The notes beneath the pieces are model-generated. The model was not told the DNA's origin. It saw only the letters and a program-made list of their open reading frames with translations, and made no database searches. A stretch of 64,000 nucleotides of DNA from Desulfobacteraceae bacterium. GTDB taxonomy: Bacteria > Desulfobacterota > Desulfobacteria > Desulfobacterales > Desulfosalsimonadaceae. The position numbers were made by a program, and so were the translations under genes. The stretch lies in NCBI GenBank assembly GCA_021737565.1, contig JAIPDS010000004.1:1205-65204 (forward strand). The letters are read 5' to 3'. Shown here piece after piece: positions 39,078 through 49,019 of this stretch. Numbering within the stretch: the first letter of the stretch is position 1; each line of letters opens with the position of its first letter.

Positions 39078-40754
39078 TTATACTATAATGGCCCCTTGGC
39101 TCGAGCTGCCAACAGATTCGGCATACTGTTTGATCCATCCCGTAACAAAGGGGTCTTTTTCAAAATCCCGAGGCTGCAGCAGCTTCTGCCGCCTTTTAAT
39201 TTCTTCATCCGTTAGCAACACATCAAGTCTTCGGTTCTCAACGTCAATTTTAATGGTATCACCTTCTTCAACCACAGCAAGCGGGCCCCCTGCAGCAGCC
39301 TCGGGGGCGATATGAAGGACCATTGGACCGGTTGTACTACCGGATGTCCTACCATCTGTTATAATAAGCATATTGGACAGTCCCCTGGCATAAAATACAG
39401 GAGGGATATGCGTTTCAGGCATACCAGGAGCCCCTCTGGGCCCCTGATTTTTAAGAACCAGGACTTCTTCATCATTTAGGATAAGGCTGCCGTCGTTAAG
39501 GGCGCGTTCAACAAATTGAATGGAATTAAACACTCTTGCCCTGCCTGTGTGCTGCCGTCTGCTTTCCGGGAAAGCTGTTTGTTTTATCACTGCGCCCTCA
39601 GGAGCAAGATTGCCCTTTATTATGATGATTCCTCCGTCCTGCCGCAATGCATTTTTCCTGCTGCGTATGACATCCGATTCTGTGGGTTTGATCCCTTTCA
39701 GATTCTCCCCAAGACTTTTTCCGGTAACTGTCATAACATCCATGTCCAAAACATCGGCCAGGTGTTTCATAAGCACGGGAACGCCGCCTGCTTCGTCAAA
39801 ATCGCGCAGGGTATACTTGCCGGATGGCTTCACATCGCATAAAAACGGTGTTTCATGACTCAACTTCTCAAATGCATCAAGACCTAAAGGCCTACCGGCC
39901 TCATGACTGATCGCCAGCAAATGAAGAATGCCGTTTGTTGAGCCGCCTATTGCCATCAGAATGCGGACAGCATTTGATAATGCCTGCTTTGTCATTATAT
40001 CTGAAGGTTTGATATCCTTTGCGATCAAATCCATAATTTTGCGACCGCTTTCTTCTGCCATCCGGTATTTTGCAGGTGATACGGCATGAACCGAGGCGCA
40101 GCCTGTCAGGCTCATCCCCATGGCTTCTGCCAGGCATTGCATGGTATTTGCGGTTCCCATCATACCGCAGGCGCCAATGCTGCCATGGCTCGTCAGAGAA
40201 AACTCCCGGAATTCCTCCTCTGTTACTTCACCTGCCATGTATTTGCCTATCATTGGCCGTCCGTCAGTACAGCAGACAACATCCCTGCCCTGATATCTGC
40301 CCGGCAGCATGGGCCCGCCTGTTACAAAAATTGACGGCAGGTTTACCCGGGCGGCTGCCATTAAGTGAGCGGGGACATTTTTGTCACAGGTTGTAAGAAA
40401 CACCGCCCCTTTCAGACTGTTGGCTTTCAGCATCATTTCAATTGAAAACGAGATCAAATCGCGAAAAGGCAAAACAAGCCTTTTTTCCACAACAAATCCG
40501 TCGCAGATTGACGCTGTGTTAAACTCCAGGGGGGTTCCGCCTGCCATTAGAATGCCCCTTTTAACAGCCTGAGCCAGTTCCCTTAGATGATAATGCCCGG
40601 GATTCATTTCGCTCCAGCTGTTTACCACGGCAACATAAGGCCGCTTAACAGACTCCTCGCTATATCCCATGGAATGCATCAGCCAGTCACGCCTTACCGA
40701 CCTCCATTCAGGTACTTTTCCCATCCTGGTTTCAGCCTCCTTGCTGCCGTTCAT
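39078..40754 (-). CDS. IlvD/Edd-family dihydroxy-acid dehydratase
   Basis: CDG, CDKN, CGMMGTANTM, GGSTN, GNLAP, DGR.SG. Confidence 0.92.
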   Translation of the reverse strand: MNGSKEAETRMGKVPEWRSVRRDWLMHSMGYSEESVKRPYVAVVNSWSEMNPGHYHLRELAQAVKRGILMAGGTPLEFNTASICDGFVVEKRLVLPFRDLISFSIEMMLKANSLKGAVFLTTCDKNVPAHLMAAARVNLPSIFVTGGPMLPGRYQGRDVVCCTDGRPMIGKYMAGEVTEEEFREFSLTSHGSIGACGMMGTANTMQCLAEAMGMSLTGCASVHAVSPAKYRMAEESGRKIMDLIAKDIKPSDIMTKQALSNAVRILMAIGGSTNGILHLLAISHEAGRPLGLDAFEKLSHETPFLCDVKPSGKYTLRDFDEAGGVPVLMKHLADVLDMDVMTVTGKSLGENLKGIKPTESDVIRSRKNALRQDGGIIIIKGNLAPEGAVIKQTAFPESRRQHTGRARVFNSIQFVERALNDGSLILNDEEVLVLKNQGPRGAPGMPETHIPPVFYARGLSNMLIITDGRTSGSTTGPMVLHIAPEAAAGGPLAVVEEGDTIKIDVENRRLDVLLTDEEIKRRQKLLQPRDFEKDPFVTGWIKQYAESVGSSSQGAIIV

Positions 40755-40772
40755 ACATAAACATTGAAAAAC

Positions 40773-42137
40773 CTAAACCAAAGCCATAAAAGAATATAAA
40801 TTTCCCTGAAAATCAGGGTCTAAAACCGAATCAGCGACCTGTATCGCCTTATCAGGACCGATCGGGCCCCGGGACAATGATACAAATTTTGAGCGCAGCT
40901 CCTCTTTGGTTAGCGGGTTTTCCGGCATTCCCCTGGGGAAATCAACCTGCCTGGTAATAACTTTGCCGTCATTTAGCTCAACTGTCACTATAGCCGTACG
41001 TTTGGCGGGAAAATTTTCGGTTATGTCTTTCTCCTCTACGACCTCCACCTTACGTGCGAGTTCATTAATATCCGGGTCTTTAAGAGTATCGGAGTTAAAG
41101 TCGGAATAACTTGCCCCGCCTTTTCTCAGCGCCAAAGCTGCGACAAAGGGAATACTGAATTTTGCTTCTCTGATGGTGCGGGGTTCCTGCTGATTTAATA
41201 CCGCGGCAGCCCGAAAGGTTTGGATCGTAACTTTTTTTATGTCTTTTATCACAGGTTCAACCTCAGGGCGCAATTCCAGGACTGCGTCTATAGCCCCGAA
41301 TGATTGTCCGCAGGAAGCATGCGGCTTGAAATAAGTGGCGTCTATTTCATATTGCCCGCCTATATCGCTTGTTATCTTTGAAATGTCATACTCATCACTA
41401 AAAGCCCTGCAAAACCCTTCTTCCCCCTCAATTACAGTAGTAGGGCCGGTAAATCCGTCATTTGCCATAAAAGCGGCTGTAATCCCGTTAGAAGCGGCGT
41501 TACCGGCGTGCAGAAGCTTGTTCATGCTTCCTTCCCTCAGAAATTCAAAAATCCCGCCGGCCAGCGAACCTGAAATACCTATTGCCCATGCTGTTTTCTT
41601 TGTATCAAGGCCGAGCACCTTTGCTCCGGCTGCTGCAGCACCCAATGAAGCAACGGTTCCTGTGGAGTGAAACCCCCGATACCGATGAGACGGATTTATT
41701 GCCCGGCCGACACGGCCGGCCACTTCATATCCTGCAATAACGGCAAGCCAGATGTTTTCTGCCGAACAGGACAAGTGTTCCCCCAGGGCCATGGCAGCTG
41801 GAATAACAGTGGCTCCCGGGTGAAGACCTGTTGCATACCTGTGGGCATCATCCAGCTCAAGGGAGTGGCAGGCAACCGCATTGACCATTGCTGCAACCGG
41901 CGCGGAGGTTTTCCCGCCTCTTGCCCCTGCCATTGTGGCCTGTGGATTTCCGCCGATTTTATCAGCAAAGCCTCTTGCAAGAGCTGCCTCCCTGGTTTGC
42001 ACACCGGCATAAACAGCGCCGAGATAGTCGAGCATACACATCCTGGCTTTTTCGACAACAGTGCCGGGTACCTGGTCAAGCTTCAACCGACTGACAAAAT
42101 CACTCAATATTATGGTTGCGCCCTTTTGAGATTCCAT
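40773..42137 (-). CDS. MmgE/PrpD family protein
   Basis: HSLELDD, HPG, RGFHST, FKPHASC, AKFS, RG.PENP. Confidence 0.92.
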   Translation of the reverse strand: MESQKGATIILSDFVSRLKLDQVPGTVVEKARMCMLDYLGAVYAGVQTREAALARGFADKIGGNPQATMAGARGGKTSAPVAAMVNAVACHSLELDDAHRYATGLHPGATVIPAAMALGEHLSCSAENIWLAVIAGYEVAGRVGRAINPSHRYRGFHSTGTVASLGAAAAGAKVLGLDTKKTAWAIGISGSLAGGIFEFLREGSMNKLLHAGNAASNGITAAFMANDGFTGPTTVIEGEEGFCRAFSDEYDISKITSDIGGQYEIDATYFKPHASCGQSFGAIDAVLELRPEVEPVIKDIKKVTIQTFRAAAVLNQQEPRTIREAKFSIPFVAALALRKGGASYSDFNSDTLKDPDINELARKVEVVEEKDITENFPAKRTAIVTVELNDGKVITRQVDFPRGMPENPLTKEELRSKFVSLSRGPIGPDKAIQVADSVLDPDFQGNLYSFMALV

Positions 42138-42159
42138 ATGATAAAATTTTCCAGAAGAT

Positions 42160-43674
42160 TTACGATGATTTTGATTTATTAAACAGCCTGCCTTTTGCAG
42201 CCGAGAAAAAAGGCTGAAATAATATAAATACGATCAGCAGTACCAAAATCAAAGAAACCGGGTTAGTAAAAGGATTGATAAATATTAGCGGGCCGTTTCC
42301 CAGCGTTAATGAACGCAGAAAATTTTCTTCGATAATACCTCCCAGTATCGCACCAATAACAGCCGGCACGATTGGATACCCATAGCGGTTCATTATAAAC
42401 CCCAAAAAGCCGAAAATCCCCAAAGCAGCAAGATCAGCAAAGCTGAACCGCATTGTAAAGACGCCCAGCGCAGCCACTATAATAACAAAAGGAATAATCA
42501 GATTTTTATCAATCGTGGTAATATAGCCTATGTACCTGGCAGTGAAAAATGCAAATACAATTATGATGATCTCCGAGAACAAAAGGGCCATGAAAATCGT
42601 AAGCAGAATAACAAGGCCTTCTCCTGTGAAAAGGGAATGGCCCCAGCGAAAACCGTGTAATATCATGATTGCAAGGAAGGCGGCTGTCGTACCACTGCCC
42701 GGAATACCGAAAAGCAGCGTTGGGAGCAAAGCGCCATCAATCATTGCGTTATTTGAGGACTCGGTTGCAACCAGACCCTTGGGATTGCCCTCGCCGAATT
42801 TTTCTTTGGGGTTTGATCGAACCGCTTCCCCGTATGCGACAAAGTTGGCCAATGACCCTCCGGCGCCGGGAAAAGCTCCTATAAATAAACCAATTAAGGA
42901 ACTTTTGATAATTAACGGCCATTCCTTGAGAGCCGTAATAATCCCGTTTAGCCTGCTGCCTGTAATCTTGCCGGTCGCAATTGTCCTCTGGGGTTCGCCG
43001 GCCAACTGACTCATGGTAGCCACACCGAACATCCCCATTAATACCGTGATAAACGGAAGTCCTTCATACAGCTCCCATATACCAAAGGCAAACCGGACAT
43101 CTGCGCTCATTGTCCCAATGCCAATGGTGGTAACGCCCAGTCCGAGGAGCCCGGCAATAATCCCCTTATAAAAAGCCCCTTTTGATACTCTTGAAACAAT
43201 AATTACGCCCAATATTCCCAACAAAGCATATTCAGGGGTGCCGAAAAGAAGGATGAAACTGCCGAGAACCGTGCAGAATAAAATCACAATGATATCCCCT
43301 ATCACTCCCCCGAGCGAGCTCGACACTCCGCATATCATTAATGCATCAATGGCTTTGCCCTTTTTGGACATTGGAAAGCCTTCAAGCGTTGTAGCCGCCG
43401 CAGAAGCGTCTCCGGGAGTATTAAGGAGAATAGATGCGATACTGCCGCCATACATTGCTCCGTCGTATATAGATATGGCAAAAAGTAACGCAGGTACTGT
43501 TTCCATGTGCATGGTAAAGGGAATAATGATTGCAACGCCCAGGGCAGGGCCCAGCCCGGGAATAGCACCAATTACAATGCCCAGGAAGGTGCCGCTGCAA
43601 ATCCAGAAAATATTGACAGGGTCGAGAAACACATTTTGTGAGGCCTGCAAAAGTGCATGTAAAAATTCTACCAT
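42160..43674 (-). CDS. tctA: Tripartite tricarboxylate transporter large permease (TctA family)
   Basis: GAIPGLG, ILLNTPG, ESSNNA, GIPGS motifs. Confidence 0.92.
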   Translation of the reverse strand: MVEFLHALLQASQNVFLDPVNIFWICSGTFLGIVIGAIPGLGPALGVAIIIPFTMHMETVPALLFAISIYDGAMYGGSIASILLNTPGDASAAATTLEGFPMSKKGKAIDALMICGVSSSLGGVIGDIIVILFCTVLGSFILLFGTPEYALLGILGVIIVSRVSKGAFYKGIIAGLLGLGVTTIGIGTMSADVRFAFGIWELYEGLPFITVLMGMFGVATMSQLAGEPQRTIATGKITGSRLNGIITALKEWPLIIKSSLIGLFIGAFPGAGGSLANFVAYGEAVRSNPKEKFGEGNPKGLVATESSNNAMIDGALLPTLLFGIPGSGTTAAFLAIMILHGFRWGHSLFTGEGLVILLTIFMALLFSEIIIIVFAFFTARYIGYITTIDKNLIIPFVIIVAALGVFTMRFSFADLAALGIFGFLGFIMNRYGYPIVPAVIGAILGGIIEENFLRSLTLGNGPLIFINPFTNPVSLILVLLIVFILFQPFFSAAKGRLFNKSKSS

Positions 43675-43742
43675 TATTTCACCTCAGATTCTTAAAGTCA
43701 TAGCAGTCGATCTTTGCCAACATTAGCCACTACAGCAATCAT

Positions 43743-44348
43743 TTATTGACCAAGTATCTGAAAATATTCAAATACTTTTCCTTCCATAAAATTATGACCA
43801 AAAGAAAAATCAAAAATATAGACTGAGCCTAACAGGACGAGCACAAGCAAGCACTTGTAAAAAAGGGATCGAGTCGGATTTAAACTTGCCTTGCCGTACA
43901 AAGATAAATAAGACACGGCAATAACAAATGTGGAAATATAGAAGCCAAAAAGCCAGGATAAAACAACATAAAGGGCAAACAGGACAATCACAAAATAGGA
44001 CTTTTCTATCCTAAAAACCATCCCCTGGTTAAATGAATCCGAACTTTCAGAATCCTCCCCCCCCTTTAGCCGCGCTTCTGCCTCCTGTCCTTCTTCCGGG
44101 ATCAGCCCAAAAAGCTGAAACTCGGTATCCCTGCTCATGACCTCGTTGACACCAGGGGGAAGAAAACCGCTGATCAGGTATAAAAGCGTCAGAAACAGCC
44201 CGATACCGCCGATGCCCAGGGGAAAAATTCTCCCCATCCAGCCAAACTCGAATGAACCTATAAATAGCATGGCAAAAAAGCCCAGGCTTAAAAGCAACAG
44301 TATGAATTCATGTATTGAATACTCTGCATGGCCAATTTTAATCGTCAT
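43743..44348 (-). CDS. tctB: Tripartite tricarboxylate transporter small permease (TctB-like)
   Basis: 4-5 TM helices, 'FP' motif, located between tctC and tctA. Confidence 0.72.
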   Translation of the reverse strand: MTIKIGHAEYSIHEFILLLLSLGFFAMLFIGSFEFGWMGRIFPLGIGGIGLFLTLLYLISGFLPPGVNEVMSRDTEFQLFGLIPEEGQEAEARLKGGEDSESSDSFNQGMVFRIEKSYFVIVLFALYVVLSWLFGFYISTFVIAVSYLSLYGKASLNPTRSLFYKCLLVLVLLGSVYIFDFSFGHNFMEGKVFEYFQILGQ

Positions 44349-44370
44349 ATTGCACCTAACCGGGCATATA

Positions 44371-44405
44371 ACGGGTGAAGCCACGGTTTTTGAGGCTTCA
44401 CCCGT
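44371..44405 (-). other. Hairpin after tctC (mRNA stabiliser or partial terminator)
   Basis: acgggtgaagcc / ggcttcacccgt 12-bp stem. Confidence 0.6.
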
Positions 44406-44437
44406 GTTATTTTACAATATTGTTTTTTACCAAGAAC

Positions 44438-45442
44438 CTATTCTGTCAGCCTCTCAATTTTCAACTCCTCTGCCAGATTAAGAGCGCTCTTTAAATTTTC
44501 TTCAGCTTGCTCCCCGGTTCCCAATGCCGGCTTGATACCATAGGTTTCATATCGCGCCTGCAGCAGTTCGTTTTCTTTCTGGGCTTTAATAAAAGCTTTT
44601 TCCAGAATCTGCTGTCGCTCTTCAGGAAGATCCGGGGGACCGTAAACCGCGCGGCTAAATTTCAGTTCCAGCAGCGGGTCTCCGAATTCGGAAAAAGTCG
44701 GGACCTCCGGCAGGATGCCAATCCTTTCCTTCTGTCCCGCCACTGCGATGCCCACGAGATTGCCTTCTTTTACCGCCGGAGACACGGCAGTAAAAGAACC
44801 AAAGGCGATATCACACTCGTTGCGAACCAGGGCGCTTATGACATCTGAGGTGGCATTATAGGGAATATACTTTTCTAATTCCACATCATAACGCTTGGCA
44901 AACAGTTCAGCGGCAACATGCTCAATTCCGCCTATTCCGCTTAAGGCAACTTTGGGCTGTTCGCCGTTTTTCAGTGCATTTAGAAGGGATTCCAAATCCT
45001 TATGTTCATATTTTGCGCTTGCCACCAACATTTGCGGGTCCTGGGCATAAACGGTTATGCCTGTCATCTCCCGGATATCCCAGGAGGGTCTGTGAAGATA
45101 CCATGCAAACGGGGAGGACGGCGGGTTAAAAGCTGTAAGCGTATACCCGTTCGGCTTTGATCTGTAACATTCGCCAATACCTCTTAAATCCTGACCGCCG
45201 GGCAGATTGCGCACTGACACGCTTACCCCCAGATAATCCTTTGAAGACAAGGCAGCGGCAAAAGTGCGCTGCCAGCCATCTGTACCGCCTCCAACCGTAA
45301 AGGGCACAATAATTGAAATAGGCTGGTCGGGGAATTCATTTTCAGCAGCCGATACATTGCCTGCAGCAATAAGTACCAGGGCTGCGGCAAGCATCACTGC
45401 TACCGCCTTGAAAATTCCAAAATGCTTTCTTCCCATTTTCAT
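44438..45442 (-). CDS. tctC: Tripartite tricarboxylate transporter substrate-binding protein (TctC/Bug)
   Basis: Signal peptide; FPDQPISIIVPF..GGGTD, NLPG, PNGYTL, PEVPT. Confidence 0.9.
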   Translation of the reverse strand: MKMGRKHFGIFKAVAVMLAAALVLIAAGNVSAAENEFPDQPISIIVPFTVGGGTDGWQRTFAAALSSKDYLGVSVSVRNLPGGQDLRGIGECYRSKPNGYTLTAFNPPSSPFAWYLHRPSWDIREMTGITVYAQDPQMLVASAKYEHKDLESLLNALKNGEQPKVALSGIGGIEHVAAELFAKRYDVELEKYIPYNATSDVISALVRNECDIAFGSFTAVSPAVKEGNLVGIAVAGQKERIGILPEVPTFSEFGDPLLELKFSRAVYGPPDLPEERQQILEKAFIKAQKENELLQARYETYGIKPALGTGEQAEENLKSALNLAEELKIERLTE

Positions 45443-45543
45443 CGCGAACCTCCTTAAGTGTTAAGGTTTAAAAAACCTGACCTGGCGCCTGATCAACTGC
45501 GCCATGCCGGCTCCATACAGCAATTAAAATCCATATAACTGCT

Positions 45544-45581
45544 TGGTATAAAAATTCTACCATTAATCCCTGGCTTGTCAA
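45544..45581 (-). promoter_or_regulatory. Sigma70 promoter of the tct operon with an overlapping inverted repeat
   Basis: Minus strand TTGACA-16 bp-TAGAAT with extended TG; TGGTA-N9-TACCA overlaps the -10. Confidence 0.6.
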
Positions 45582-45688
45582 TCTTAAATTATTATCCTGA
45601 ATCCTTAGTAAAAAAACAACATTTCTTTGAATCCATCACTAAAAGTTCATTGATTCTACCTTTTGGAAGCCTATGCGGCATCCTGCCA

Positions 45689-46897
45689 TTATTCATAATC
45701 CTCTTCTATTTTACCAACAATAAATTCGCTGAAAGGCAATGCACAGGTAAAGGCCGGGGATACTGCATTAATTAAATGAAAAGACTTGTTATCGCCTTCA
45801 TATAAAAAATCCATCTCCAGTTTGTTTTTCTTTATGTTTACAGGCTGGGCCCGGATGCCGGGCTTCCCTTTTTTCCGGAAAGTTTTCAGATCAAGACCCT
45901 TCACCATATCCCGGGCAAGCCGTCTCATTTTAGGCTTTAAATATTTCTGCATTTCTGTGAAGGCCAAATGCCGGAAACCAAAATCATTCCGAACAAACAG
46001 ACCTGTCTCCATGCCGAGAATCTCCTTGAATTCGTTCCAACGGAAATTTCCTGTCCCTGAATAATTTTCCCGCCAGAATGCCGGAATTGCAGTGGGGCCG
46101 ACCTTGACTTCCTGATTGACGGTAATCGTAAAATGAACCCCCAAAAAAGGGTACTTCAAATCCGGAACCGGATAGATGTGGGTTTTTAAGGGGCATCCGG
46201 GATCGTCGGAATATAAATACAGCCCCTTAAAGGGCAGAATTTGATAGTCCCGGGAAAAACCAAAGTCCCTTGCGATTTTGTCCGCATATAAACCTGCTGC
46301 ATTAACAACATATCCCGCCGGTATATCGCCTCCGGAGGTCCGGACGCCGCCAGGAATCCGGCAGTAATAAGCCGTAGCGGGCCACAGTCTTATGCCTCTG
46401 CCTCCTGCATCTTTAAGCAGGGAGTGCAATATTGCATTGGGATCTATTGTAGACGTTGTCGGGGAAAAAAGGGCGTGCTCATGTATTCTGGCATAAGGCT
46501 CGATCTCCTGGGCCTGTTGTGCGGAGATCCATTCCAAAGCCACATCGTTGGCTTTTCCCCTTTGGTAAAGCGTTTGCAATCCATCTAGTTCAGATTCGGA
46601 TTTGGCGACCACAAGTTTGCCGCACTGATTAATCGGCAAATTTCTTTCAAGACAATATTCTGTCCATCTTCGATTGCCCTGTTTTGTAAATTTCGCCTTC
46701 AGACTATTGGCGGAATAATAAAATCCGGCATGTAGAACTCCGCTGTTTCGGCCACTGGCGTGCAACCCGAATCCCGGTTCCTTTTCGATGACAGACACTG
46801 TTGTATCGGGATGGCGGTCTTTTAGCGCAAGAGCCAAAGTAAGGCCCATGACACCGCCGCCAATTACCAGAAAATCAGCAGAGGTCAATTTCGCCAT
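45689..46897 (-). CDS. lhgO: L-2-hydroxyglutarate oxidase/dehydrogenase-like flavoprotein
   Basis: GGGVMG, SGRNSGVLHAG, IYPVPD, FLGVH, GIRAQ, SPAFT. Confidence 0.85.
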   Translation of the reverse strand: MAKLTSADFLVIGGGVMGLTLALALKDRHPDTTVSVIEKEPGFGLHASGRNSGVLHAGFYYSANSLKAKFTKQGNRRWTEYCLERNLPINQCGKLVVAKSESELDGLQTLYQRGKANDVALEWISAQQAQEIEPYARIHEHALFSPTTSTIDPNAILHSLLKDAGGRGIRLWPATAYYCRIPGGVRTSGGDIPAGYVVNAAGLYADKIARDFGFSRDYQILPFKGLYLYSDDPGCPLKTHIYPVPDLKYPFLGVHFTITVNQEVKVGPTAIPAFWRENYSGTGNFRWNEFKEILGMETGLFVRNDFGFRHLAFTEMQKYLKPKMRRLARDMVKGLDLKTFRKKGKPGIRAQPVNIKKNKLEMDFLYEGDNKSFHLINAVSPAFTCALPFSEFIVGKIEEDYE

Positions 46898-46976
46898 AAA
46901 GCTCTCCTAAATACCCAAATCAATCATGCACATAACCGGGCCATCCACATATACCGGTTTCTCCACCAGATCAGCG

Positions 46977-47216
46977 TCAGTGCTCATAGCCGCTCCCCTG
47001 TTTGTTTCCGGCATCCTCTTTTAAGACCTCGATTGCAAGATCCGGGCACCTGAGCTCACAGAGTCTGCATCCTATACAGGCTTCGGAACGAGCCGGCCGG
47101 GCCTTGTTCTCTGGATCCAGTTCAAGCACCTTTTTAGGACAAAAATGCACGCAAATTCCGCATCCCTTACACCACGAAGACTCTATTATATGCTTTACCG
47201 ACTTTGCTTTAACCAT
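46977..47216 (-). CDS. 2[4Fe-4S] ferredoxin (2-oxoacid:ferredoxin oxidoreductase delta-subunit-like)
   Basis: WCKGCGICVHFCP and CIGCRLCELRCPDLAI; RBS before ATG at 47216. Confidence 0.88.
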   Translation of the reverse strand: MVKAKSVKHIIESSWCKGCGICVHFCPKKVLELDPENKARPARSEACIGCRLCELRCPDLAIEVLKEDAGNKQGSGYEH

Positions 47217-47236
47217 TCCTTTCTCTTTTTTATAAA

Positions 47237-47270
47237 GACGGCATGAACGCAAGGTGCCGAACATGCCGCC
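47237..47270 (-). terminator. Probable intrinsic terminator
   Basis: Minus strand ggcggcatg...catgccgtc followed by TTTAT. Confidence 0.5.
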
Positions 47271-47288
47271 TTTCTCAACCATCATAGG

Positions 47289-47378
47289 TTAGAACTTAAA
47301 GCGCAAATCTGCCACATATCCGGGATCCACATCATCTTCGTCGGTATCGCCGATTTCGGCCAGCACGTTTACCTTAGC
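47289..47378 (-). pseudogene. 3' remnant of an outer-membrane beta-barrel gene
   Basis: AKVNVLAEIGDTDEDDVDPGYVADLRFKF-stop; alternating beta pattern with terminal Phe; no start of its own. Confidence 0.5.
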
Positions 47379-47379
47379 A

Positions 47380-48618
47380 CTATACCACCTTTTGAAGATC
47401 AATACCGGCCATTTCCAGATCTTCATCAGTAATTTCAGGCATAACCGGATTTACACCGTCATACTCCTTGGTTGCTACAAAGGTACGGCCGCAGCCCGGG
47501 CACCCTGAATCAACACAATACTTCATGGTAAGATCCCTCAAATGCCGATAGCAATATACCAGGTACTCCGGTGTTGGGACGGGGTGCTTTTCCAGGTGTG
47601 TTCCGGGGATGGGCCTAAAGATGCCGAGCCGGGGCACAACCCCCATTTTACAAAGATGCTCAACGCCGGCCACGGTGCTCTCTTTTGATTCAAGACCTGT
47701 CACCAGTATTGAATAGGTTCTGTTGGGACCTCCTCTTTTGGCGGCATATTCCAGCATCCGGTTAAAATGCTTGTGAGGGACACAATCGTCGACTTCCTCA
47801 TACTTGCCGGGGCAGATTTGCTTAAAAAGCTCAGGGTCGTAGACCTCAAGATCATAGCCCACCTGATCGGCACCGGAGTCGAATAAAATGTCTATATATT
47901 TTTCTTCCCGGGGAGGAGCAATGGACAGCCGGATCCAGATATCGTGCTTTGCCTTGATCTTTTTAATCAGCTCGGCATATTCTTCGTGTCCCCGTCCCGG
48001 AGGAGGAAATGTACCGGCATTAAGGCCGAGGTGCTTGATGTCTCCTCCGTCTATTGCGGCATCAATTACCTCGAGTATATCCTCATCACTTTTTCTGTAA
48101 AGCTCGTCACGTTTCATACTGAGGCCTATGCCGCAGAATTTGCACTGCTTGTCTTTATAATTGGTCAGTTCTTCATCTTTATAGTAACCCCAAAACCAGC
48201 ACCTGTTATCAATGGCAATGGCAAGGAAATCTCCGGTAACAACGCCCACTTTCGACATTGGTGTACCCTGGCTGGTGGTTTTACCGTAATAGCTTGGCCT
48301 GGGGAAAGGAATAGCACGCTGAATTATTTTACCGTTCTTTTTAATAACCGGTCTGTTATCTTCATCAATACTCAGAGAAAATGGAGGATTTTTATAATGG
48401 TACGGGAAACGGTCCCCCTCTACAGGCGGACTGACATAAACGCCTTTTTCCAGCTTAAGATCGATCCCTGTACTGGTCGGGCCCGTGCGCGTCCACAAAG
48501 GCTCCTTAAGAACCCCACTGAATTTTTCGGTAAATTCCGGCTCTATTCTGATTCCCTGGCTTAGCAGTTCCAGCCTCAGAAGTGCCGGGTTGTAACGTTT
48601 TTGTTTTTCTTCCGCCAT
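47380..48618 (-). CDS. Radical SAM protein with atypical Cx18Cx2C motif
   Basis: CWFWGYYKDEELTNYKDKQCKFC; LEVYD...ICPGK; GLE; FRP.PGT; C-terminal CPGC. Confidence 0.8.
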   Translation of the reverse strand: MAEEKQKRYNPALLRLELLSQGIRIEPEFTEKFSGVLKEPLWTRTGPTSTGIDLKLEKGVYVSPPVEGDRFPYHYKNPPFSLSIDEDNRPVIKKNGKIIQRAIPFPRPSYYGKTTSQGTPMSKVGVVTGDFLAIAIDNRCWFWGYYKDEELTNYKDKQCKFCGIGLSMKRDELYRKSDEDILEVIDAAIDGGDIKHLGLNAGTFPPPGRGHEEYAELIKKIKAKHDIWIRLSIAPPREEKYIDILFDSGADQVGYDLEVYDPELFKQICPGKYEEVDDCVPHKHFNRMLEYAAKRGGPNRTYSILVTGLESKESTVAGVEHLCKMGVVPRLGIFRPIPGTHLEKHPVPTPEYLVYCYRHLRDLTMKYCVDSGCPGCGRTFVATKEYDGVNPVMPEITDEDLEMAGIDLQKVV

Positions 48619-48704
48619 ATCAAAGCTCCTTTCATGACAAAAAAGATGTTGAAAGTTGAAACAGGTGGAAACCTGCTTTTATAAAAGCCTGTTTTATTTT
48701 ATCG

Positions 48705-48741
48705 GTTTATTGGTATTACCAATAAACAAATTTAATGTCAA
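48705..48741 (-). promoter_or_regulatory. FadR-type operator palindrome overlapping a sigma70 promoter
   Basis: GTTTATTGGTA-T-TACCAATAAAC perfect 11-bp arms (48705-48727); minus strand TTGACA at 48741-48736. Confidence 0.72.
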
Positions 48742-49019
48742 GCCTAAAATATACATATTAACGAAGGCTTTTAAAGCAACCACATCCATTTAATAAATAA
48801 AGAAATTTTAACAATGGTTTAATGGCTCTATAAAACAGAGTGCACAACCAATGAAGCTTCATAAAATTGCATTTGCAATCGCCGGAACCGTACCAATGAA
48901 ATTCTAAATTGCTGAAAGGAAATAACACAGAGGCGGGTTTGTCTGAACTGCTTTAGCCCGGCAGCATGGGTAAAAAGAAAATGTTGGTTTTCATTTGAGC
49001 ATCCCGTTCCAGAGAATTC

